Below, one piece after another: positions 54,905 to 64,000 of a stretch of DNA of 64,000 nucleotides. Source of the stretch: Octopus vulgaris (lineage: Eukaryota). Under the pieces are notes generated by a model that saw only the letters and a list, made by a program, of their open reading frames with translations, made no database searches and was not told where the DNA came from. The stretch spans positions 43,338,001 to 43,402,000 of the forward strand of contig OX597821.1 in NCBI GenBank assembly GCA_951406725.2. Reading direction: 5' to 3'. Position 1 is the stretch's first letter. Each line of letters begins with the position of its first letter. The translations under genes and the position numbers were made by a program.

Positions 54905-55281
54905 GTCACACTGAATCTCCTTGAGAATTACATTAAGAGTACACACGTCTGTGGAGTGCTCAGCCACTTGGCAAATTAATTTCACAAGTAGGCAGTTCCA
55001 TTGACTGAATCAACTGGAACACTCATTGTTATAATCGGTGGAGTGCCAGTTATAGTAGTGTTAAAACATAAAAGATGTTTTAAGGTATTTTTAAGGTATA
55101 CCTTAAAACATCTTTTATGTTTTAACACTACTATAACTTGCACTCTGCCGATTATAACAATGAGTGTTCCAGTTGATTCAGTCAATGGAACTGCCTACTT
55201 GTGAAATTAATTTGCCAAGTGGCTGAGCACTCCACAGATGTGTGTACTCTTAATGTAATTCTCAAGGAGATTCAGTGTGAC
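54905..55281. repeat. Inverted repeat, 184-bp arms, 9-nt spacer
   Basis: About 4 mismatches; produces mirror ORFs 54982-55185 (-) and 55001-55204 (+). Confidence 0.97.
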
Positions 55282-57169
55282 AGAATCTGACAAAGGTGGC
55301 CCTTTGAAATACAAATACTAGTCAGTTTTGCCAGCTGAGTGGATTTGAGCAAAGTGAAATAAAATGTCTTGCTCAAGGACACAACATGCACTTGGAAACC
55401 AAACTCATGACCTTACAATCATGAGCTGAATATCCTAATCACTAAGCCATGCGCCTTCACCACTATACTATAGTCTCAAACTGCAGATGATTTTATTTTG
55501 TCAAGTGCAAGGGAAGAAGTATCATTGACTAAATTCATCAGCATATCAGCAGTATTTATTTTTCTATTGTTATTTTACCATTTATTCAAAGAGGGAATGG
55601 TAGGTCCTACAGCACTTTGTGATTTTTTTCTTTCCTTTTTCAAGGTTTCCTAGAGTGGTGAGAAACTAGAAACCTGACCCTAAGGCTTGTAACATAGAGA
55701 GCTCTACAAAAGCATTGGCCCCCATATACTAAGTTGTGGTGTTAAACTGAGAGATGGATTAAGTCAGTCACCCAAGAACTCAGAACAAATACTGCAAAGC
55801 ATTTATCTGACATGCTAAGGATTCTGCAATCCATTGCCATGGGCTGGTGCTGTATGTTATTGATCCTGAAAAGATGAAGCGCAAGGTTGGCTTCAGTGGG
55901 AGTTGAACTTAGAACAGATAACAGGAACAAGGCATTTTGTTGGATATTGTAGTGAAGCGTCACTACACTCAGTTTAACACTAGTTTGCCATCAACACATG
56001 GTTCTAATCTAAGAACACAGAAAGACAAAACTAAATACAAAACATTTTGTCTGATGTTCTAACACACCATTCACTTATTGATCCATCTGCTCTAGTTTAA
56101 TGGCCGGCAATTTTAGAAAGTAGAGGCTAGTTAATTACATTGATCCCTATATTTGACTGTTACTTTTATAGACCTTTGAAGGATGGACACAATTGATCTT
56201 GGCGGAATTTAAACTCAAAATATAAAGAGCTGAAAGAAATGCTGCTAAGCATTTTGTTTGGCATTAATGATTCTGTGAGCTTGCCAATACTAACAACAAC
56301 AACTACAACAATAATAATTCTTTCTACAACAGGTACAAGGCCTGGAATTTTAGGGAGGGAGCTATTTAATTATATCAACTCCAGTACTCATTTTTACTTA
56401 TTTTATTGATCCTGAAAGGATGAAAGGCAAAGTTGAATTTGAACTCAGAACATAATGAGTCAGAAGTCCAATGTTCTAACAATCCTGCCAATCAACCTTG
56501 AAAGGATGAAAGGCAAAGTTGATCTTGGTGGAAATTAAGATGTAAAGGGTCTCAAGAAATGCTGCTAAGTATTTTGTCCAATGGGCTAATGATTCTGCCA
56601 GTCCCACTACCTTTATCAGTTCTAATTAATAAAACAAAGAAAATAAAATTTCTTTTGGCTAGATAATTATTATTGATGGCATATGATTCACCCAGTGTAT
56701 TAGCTACTATACTTATTGTTATCAGATCCAGAAGAATGAGCTTAGTTGATTACAGTGAGATTTGAACTTAGAACTAAGATTGGGGACAAACAAAAGCCTG
56801 ATTTGTTTCAGTTCCAAGACAGACTTTAAAAACAAATACTGTAAAGTTTCTAGTCTGGTCTCTACCATTTCTAAAAGAATCTATTAAATGCTTACATTAC
56901 AAACATAAGTCTCACCATATATTAAAAATTGAATATATTTTCTTATGTGTAGGTTTGTGAAGCAGTAGAGCACCAATTGGTTAATGATTCTGTCAGCTCA
57001 ATACCTTTATCAGTTCTAATTAACAAAATAAAGAAAATAAAATTTCTCTTGGCTAGATAATTAATTATTGTTGATGGCATAGGATTTATTACACTTTGTT
57101 TTTCTATGAAGCATAATGGTTATATGTCAGTTTTTTATCTTTTGAAAAAAGTTCTTTATATTTCTATTG

Positions 57170-57520
57170 AACTCTGCAGAGTCTTTGAGCTGCAAAGGTT
57201 GGGTTGTTGAGGGCAGACAAGTCACCAGTCCATAGTATAGTCTGCTTCTCCACATTCACTGGTGGTTACGCCAGTTTTGTAGCACCATGTGACCAAAGCA
57301 ACCTTTGATCAGTCTGTTGTCATTCTCAGGCAATTAAGTGTCTTCTATTGAATCCATGATATTTCTGAGCCAGGTGGGAAGTCTTCAGCAGGGGGAATTC
57401 CCTTGTCAGTTGGAAGAAGGACGTTCTCAACTTTTTCCATCCGGAACTGGAGTCTTGTTTCTTGCTGAGACGTTGTTAGGGCTGGACAGAATTAGTTTTG
57501 TCTTTTGAAGGTGTCTTGAA
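57170..57520 (-). mobile_element. Ingi/Vingi-like LINE 3' remnant
   Basis: Minus translation ...PPGSEISWIQ*KTLNCLR...SKVALVTWCY...ECGEADYTM..LVCP resembles the Vingi C-terminal zinc knuckle. Confidence 0.55.
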
Positions 57521-57959
57521 TCAAAATCTTGCAGGGCTGATGAAATAAATACCAGTAATACACGGAAAACCCGTTTAATAGATCCGCACCACTTACTTCC
57601 CAACAAGAATTGATGCTAAACTTTACTAAATAAAAACGTTCTTGTAGGTGTAAATCTCAGCAGAAGCAATTGAATTAGTTCCACCCTGACTACTATAAAA
57701 CTGATCTTCTTAGCAATTAAAAACAGATTTATATATAAAAAAAGGAATAATGAAGAAAACTAAAATAAGTAGTAAAAGAAAAACTATTAAAGATTTATAA
57801 ATTTAATTTATAAAATTCATAGATAACAGCGTCATATGATAATGAGACACAAGATAAGGTTTGTAACAAAGTGCAAAGTTTGTAAAGTAAAAACAAAAAA
57901 CAAAAATTTCAAAAGGCCTTACATAGATTTTACAATATCTATTCAACATGATGTACAAA

Positions 57960-57990
<31 letters not shown>

Positions 57991-58249
57991 GGCAAAATGA
58001 CAAAGGAAGACAAACAGGTTTAATTACATCTTCATTTATTGATTGACATTCCTATGTTATATTAATTAATCGTTATCATCATCATTATTTTCTTTTACTT
58101 GACATAAAAAAAGTTAGGGTAGCATCCGGAGGTTGTCCATCGAGTTCTGTTTTCCATTAAAAAAAAAAAGAAGTAAATTGCTATTGATAGTTTTTATTTA
58201 ATTTAATTTTTTTTTTTTGCAAAAGCATATCGTAGAAATAGTAGGGAAC

Positions 58250-58858
58250 AACTTCAAATAACCATCTATATCGAAGCAGCAGGGTTTAATCCAATCACCC
58301 TCTCGAAATGGACATCTCTCTTTCTCTCTCTTTTTCTTTCATCGAGGAAACGTCAAACGTTTAACACTGGTTCGTCACACTTCCGTGATAGCGATAAAAC
58401 TATTTCAATATTCAGGAAAAAAATAATAACAATAAATGAAATAAGGAAAATGAATATATCTATATGATTGCTACAATTATAATTACTACTGACATCGGAA
58501 TTAAATAATAATAATAATAATAATAATGATGATGATAATAATAATGATAATGATGAAATTTATTACTAAACTATATACAGAAGAGGGTTGGTTTTAAATT
58601 TAGAAAGTAAATTTATTTACTATATGTTTTATTTTTGTAGGTATGTGTATGTGTGTGTGTATATATGTATATAAATATGGTTGTATGTATATGCATTTGT
58701 TTGACTAAGCTGAAAGAAAGTTGGTGGGGGAGTAAGTTTCGAAATATATAGGATGGTTTCTGAAATATTTTGCTCACAATGAGCGGAATTCTGAGTAATG
58801 AGAGAATAAAAACAAATATCAAGTATTTAGAGCGAGGTGGAGGAAGAGGAAGAGATAG

Positions 58859-58892
<34 letters not shown>

Positions 58893-60074
58893 ACAGAGAG
58901 GGAGAGAGATACACAGATACAAAGAGAGGGTGAGAAACAAGAGGGAAGAGGTAAAGCAAGGAAGAACTACTCTCATACACGGCCTAGTTATTGTTTTGTC
59001 AAAATCTTTTACCAGTCGGGACATCTCCGATTGATTAAACCGAGAGTCGGTGGGATTTCAGTAATATATTTAAATCTCACTGAGAGAATTAAAATAAATA
59101 AAATTTTCAATCGAAAATATTTCGGAAGTAAAAAAAAAAAAAAAAGTCTATAGTTGCTGGCAAACGTATTTGTTGTTCATCAGGGAAGAGCAAATATTGG
59201 TAGTTTCCTATTCATAAACGTAAATTCTTCTCTTATTATGGTAGGCAATAAATGACATAAATTTACGAATATTTACGTTGGTTATGGAAAAGAACAGAAA
59301 AATAGAAAAATAATAATTAAAAAGTCTAACGAATTTAAAGCATTAAAAATTCTAAAGTCATCATATATATCACATTTTGTAAAAAAAATATATATATATT
59401 TCTAATAAATATAATTTATATACTAAGTACAAAAAAAAAAAAATTAAATCAATTTCGGGGGGAAATTTCCGAAAGAGTTGAATTTATTTATAAATTATAA
59501 TTTCATAAATATTTTATTTAAATTACGTAGGTGATGATAATTAATTTCAGAAAATTTATTTTAGAAAAAATAATTAAAATGCTTATGCGTAAAAAAAAAA
59601 TGTACTGATCAAAACAGAATTCAAGTAAAATGCTGTTCTGTTTCCTATATACGTAGATAAAAATATTTCTATATCCTGTATATTGAACATATATTGAAAA
59701 CTCGTTTTTTTTTCCTTCTTACCTTGAGATATATTTTATTTATAATTTTAAAAAATGTATATAGGAGTTAAATTTCTAAATTTCTACAGTTAGGGTGTTC
59801 CATAAAGGAGGCTAATGTGAAAATTGTCTCACATCGTCTATTTCCGAATGTGCGGCTAAGACGTCACTATTCCCATCATGCTTAAATCATGATGCCCGTC
59901 ATCTACGCGAACATGATCAACTTATGCTGTTGCTTGTTTTACGTGTAAAAGTTTCCATTTGGTCTCTACATAGTCTATAATTATTCCAGATTAATTATTT
60001 TGTTCCAAGGAAACTATCGAACACTATGATGCCTCTCATAGAGATGTTTTTCTATCTAAACAGGCCTAAGTTTT
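58250..60074 (+). promoter_or_regulatory. Probable promoter and long 5' leader of the TSC22D-like gene
   Basis: No recognisable TE, more CpGs than the flanks, GA-rich tract at 58830-58960, and several short uORFs at 59816-60082. TSS cannot be fixed from sequence. Confidence 0.45.
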
Positions 60075-61606
60075 ATGCTTAGACAGACAAGTTCTTTCAA
60101 AATGGCAGAGTTGCCCAGTGCACACAAAATGGCCGTGAAAGTGGATAGCCAGTCTGGCAACCAGCCGATGAAGGCTGAAATCACTAGCAACGATTTTGAA
60201 CCGAGACCAGCATCGGTCATGGTTAAAACTTGTGGAGATATTCCCAAAAAACGGACTACATTTAGAATCTTAGGCGTCACAAAAAATGCACCACGTAGTG
60301 GGAATGATCCTTTGAATGACGATGGAGATAGTCTGGATGATCTTGATGAAAGCCATACGGAAGATTTTAGTTCGGAAATCTTTGACAGTTCCAAGAATAC
60401 TGATGGGGACCAAGATACACCATCTGAGGATACTACACATAATCTGACACCCGACGAAATAGTTGTGAAGGAGAAAACTGACATACACTCGAGATTCAAG
60501 GTGGTTAAAATAGAAACCAAGGAACCATTTCGCAGAGGACGGTGGGTATGTTATGACTTTTTGGATACTCCGGCCAATGCAGAAAGGAATGAAATTAAAT
60601 TCATGGATGATGCTACATCAGGTAACTCGAGTGCTTGTAGCTCTGTTAATTATATTTTTGGTGTCGATGATCCATCGAAAAATCCGTTTCTCCCCCCTGT
60701 CGTAACTTCTGTCGATGCTGTTGCTAATGTATCTTTCCCGGTTCATCAGTCTGGAATTCACGCACAGTCTAATAATGAGACTTTTAAACCTATTCAGACA
60801 CCTTCCCAATCTAGCCAGTCTCAAACCCAAGTTGCTTTTCAACAAACTTCCGTTCAAACTGATGCTGCTAGTGTATCCGGAGCTAAGATCCCAGGTGCTA
60901 TGCACACGAATTCAATCAGTTTAACTACTTCCAATACATTACAGTCTCAAACGCATGTGAGTCAGGGACACCAAAATTCTTCAAGCACTAGCAAAGCACC
61001 TGTGAATTCATCTGTGAACTTAGTTAATCAGACCGTTGTGACCTCAAATGCTCAAGCTATCCCAGGGTCGCAGTCTGGTTCTACTATAAGAGAGTCTAGT
61101 AATTTGACGGCTCCCTCAATACCGAAAGTCCTTCCGTCGCCTGTTACGAGGGCCAACACTGCCCAGGGTGGGACTCCTATCATTCATGTTTCCAATGTTT
61201 CAAACACTGATGTGCATGGGTCTGCTAGTATACCTACCGTGAGTAGTAAATCGATGAATGTGCAAAGTGCTCAACTCCATTCGGTTCCTGTTGTGTCACA
61301 GACATCTGCAGGTCATCAACAAGGTACTGTTTCAGTAAACAGTCACATGCCACCACCTGGTGCGGTCACTCCTGTTTTAAGCCATCAACCTCAGGACAGT
61401 AAACAAGAGAAGCCTGTTTCGGTGCTTGGTCATGATGTTAAAGGAGATCATGTTAACATACGTCCAGAAAACATTCAACTGAATGACACCTTTGAGTGTG
61501 ACAAACTTTTTGATGCTAACTTTCATATGACTGCACTCTCTCTAACACCCCTCACAACAGCAGTCAGTGAAATGGGAACCCCGGCAAAAGAAGGGAAGGA
61601 AGACAG
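60075..61606 (+). CDS. First coding exon of a long-isoform TSC22 domain family (TSC22D/bunched-A-like) protein; leucine zipper/TSC-box exons lie outside the window
   Basis: 510-codon ORF with motif-1-like KKRTTFRILGV, acidic DDGDSLDDLDESHTED, and motif 2 SRFKVVKIETKEPFRRGRWVCYDFLD, followed by a long S/T/Q-rich region. Ends at donor AG|GTAGGT (61606/61607) in phase 2 after ...KED, matching the junction before the shared TSC-box exon. Best Kozak context is aaaATGg at 60102. Confidence 0.9.
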
Positions 61607-62325
61607 GTAGGTTGGACATGTTCTCCGTCTAAAAACAACAAATCATCTACAAAACATTTGTTTTATTTGTTCAAATTAACTATACCTGGACGGTGTAGTC
61701 ATGTTTTGTTTTGTTTTTCATTCATTTGAATGTGTTGGTATTTTTGTAGAAGCAGTAATAATAAGCATCAGTCATTCTCGGAGAGAAATCATTCCTAGTT
61801 ATTTGTAATAATTTTTACCTCTAACATATTAATAACCAACCAACATGTGAAACGATTTGTTTAATGACACTCCATATATTAAACCATAATCGCCTTCCCT
61901 TCACAATTCACATGAAGTTGTAGCTTTATTTTATTGATAATCTTTTAAAAAAAAATCTAACAAATGTAGTGATCAGATTTTTAAAAATCCTTGATAAATG
62001 CCTGACTTTTCAGGATTTTAATGTGCCCGAAAATATCCTAATATCTCCAAATTAACCTAGTTTAGTTAGCTCTTAGTTAATAAGTAAAATTAGGATTAAA
62101 CATCTTATTAGAAACGGGTTGAACATGACGTAAATAAGATTATTAGCAATGTTGATGCTTTTTGGAAATGCCTGGGCTGATAATGGAATATGTTCCATAT
62201 ATCTGACACATTCCATACCTAATAATTTGCTGATTCTACTTACAATGTGTATTTAGAGTTGTAACTTTTCAGTTTTGGAATTAAGGACGTCAACATTTAC
62301 ACAAAAGGGATTCCATTTATTTCAC

Positions 62326-62365
<40 letters not shown>

Positions 62366-64000
62366 TACACACACACTTATACACAGTAGAATAAATGGAA
62401 TTTTCCTTAGATATTCCAAGGGTTATATCTCCCTATAAGGATTTCAAAATCAACTTTCAGAGTAAGTTAATTTTAAGATATGCTGTATTTCAAACAAATA
62501 CACATGCAAATTATTTACATTAGGTTTAAAGTAGTCATACTATAATTTTTTTCCCTTCATGGGTAGTGGTAAGAACTTCAGTATCTTTAATACACATCAC
62601 ATTAAAATAATTACATATTTCATTAGATGGGTTTGATATGGTTATTAATAAATCATTACAAGTATTTAAAAATATCATCTGGTTTATAAGTTTCTTGAAA
62701 GTAATTATCTTATTTTACATTTTCCCTTATTATATTTTATATATATATATAATTACAGCAATATAATTAATTATACAAGTCCACAAATGAACAACAAGGG
62801 GGAGCAAACTCTTACCAGGCACCTCATGCTGAAACATTAAGAAATGTTGATGTATATATATATATAAAATGTTACTGTTAATTTAGATTATTTTCGACAA
62901 GCAACAGTGGTTACAAGTTATAAAACATGAGAAGAATTGCAACTAACAGCTTGTGTTAATAATTCAAATTAAAATATTATGAAGTATTTTTAAAGAAAAG
63001 TTGAATTTCAAATTGACACTTGTCTTAGTAGAATTTTCTATCAGCATCTGTGGTGTGCATAATCTTTGATACATCATTAAAGATACAACTCCACTTTAAA
63101 TGGCATATATTTAACATGTAATTTTGGAAGAATACAAGTAGAATATTGCTAGTGTGATGGGTGATATATTTATTTGGAATTTGGCTAAAAGAAAAGTACT
63201 TCATCTTGTGAGATAACTGGATGAACTGCAGAGAAATATTGAGCTGTAAAAGATGTTATAAAAAGGTAAAGTTTTGTAATTGTTTTGATATAACAATAAT
63301 GAAGACTATATTGTTAAGATTTGATATTAAGGCTGTTTTTGTCAGCTCACTTGAAAGCTTATAAAGCATAAATTAACTTTATGTAAATGTTACAAATGGG
63401 TTTACTTTAGAAATTGGCATAGTTCATAAAACACACCACAGAGGCATAATTTATTTTAGGCCAAACAACTGCATAATAACCAGGGGTTTCTAGGGTTGTA
63501 ATTTTAGCAATAACAAAAATCTTTATATGGAGAAAAAAGTAGTACCAATTTTTAATTTATCATAATGAGTTAAGTTTAGGGTATTTTCTATACATTCTGG
63601 TGGTTTTTCAGATGTACTTATTGCATTTTATTTTTACTCAGATTTATAAAAAGATATCACATACAATACTCCATGTGTGTATGTGCTTTGTCCTGTAACT
63701 CCTTAAACTGTTGCAAGAGGGACAGGCTGCACCTAGGTCATGACTCATGGGTACCCCTTTGCTGTAACATTTTGCGCTGTTGAGAATCTGAAAACTGGTA
63801 TAACAAAACGCTGTTGTACAAATGTATCTAAGTGTGTGTGTTTATAAATATATATATATATATATATATTTATAAGATTATTTTTTGTATTATTGGTAAG
63901 TATACACCGTTTGCAGTATAACAGTATTTCAAGGATGCTATTGAAAGAATTCTTGCAGAATCTGATTCCTGTTTTGTATGGAAAACTCCAGAGATTTCTA

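Noticed and set aside
54982-55204. Mirror-image 67-aa ORF pair
   Set aside because: Consequence of the DNA palindrome, with non-ATG starts.
60056-60924. Antisense and alternative-frame ORFs over the TSC22D exon
   Set aside because: Shadow ORFs of a real coding exon, with no motifs.

Overview
AT-rich, microsatellite-dense eukaryotic (non-prokaryotic) DNA. The repeat landscape (tRNA-derived SINEs, RTE tails ending in (GAT)n, C2H2-ZNF relic) resembles Octopus/coleoid genomes; this is inferred from recalled repeat families, not verified. About 57 kb is a nested graveyard of SINEs, RTE and Vingi LINE fragments, Tc1/mariner, piggyBac, Helitron, Penelope-like remnants and MITEs. Nearly all listed ORFs are microsatellite or TE artefacts. 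The only clear host gene is the large first coding exon of a long-isoform TSC22D/bunched gene (60075/60102-61606, +), in a TE-poor region. Most notable: (1) a full-core type I hammerhead ribozyme with a long stem II at ~6718-6847 (-); (2) a series of near-perfect snap-back palindromes (29-184 bp arms) at retroelement junctions, two of which cap both ends of one RTE fragment; (3) a Penelope-like GIY-YIG domain with a 71-aa in-frame Asn/Thr/Ser spacer between IY and YIG; (4) two similar-looking uORFs (MMP[VL]I...FY[VA]*) just upstream of the TSC22D start.
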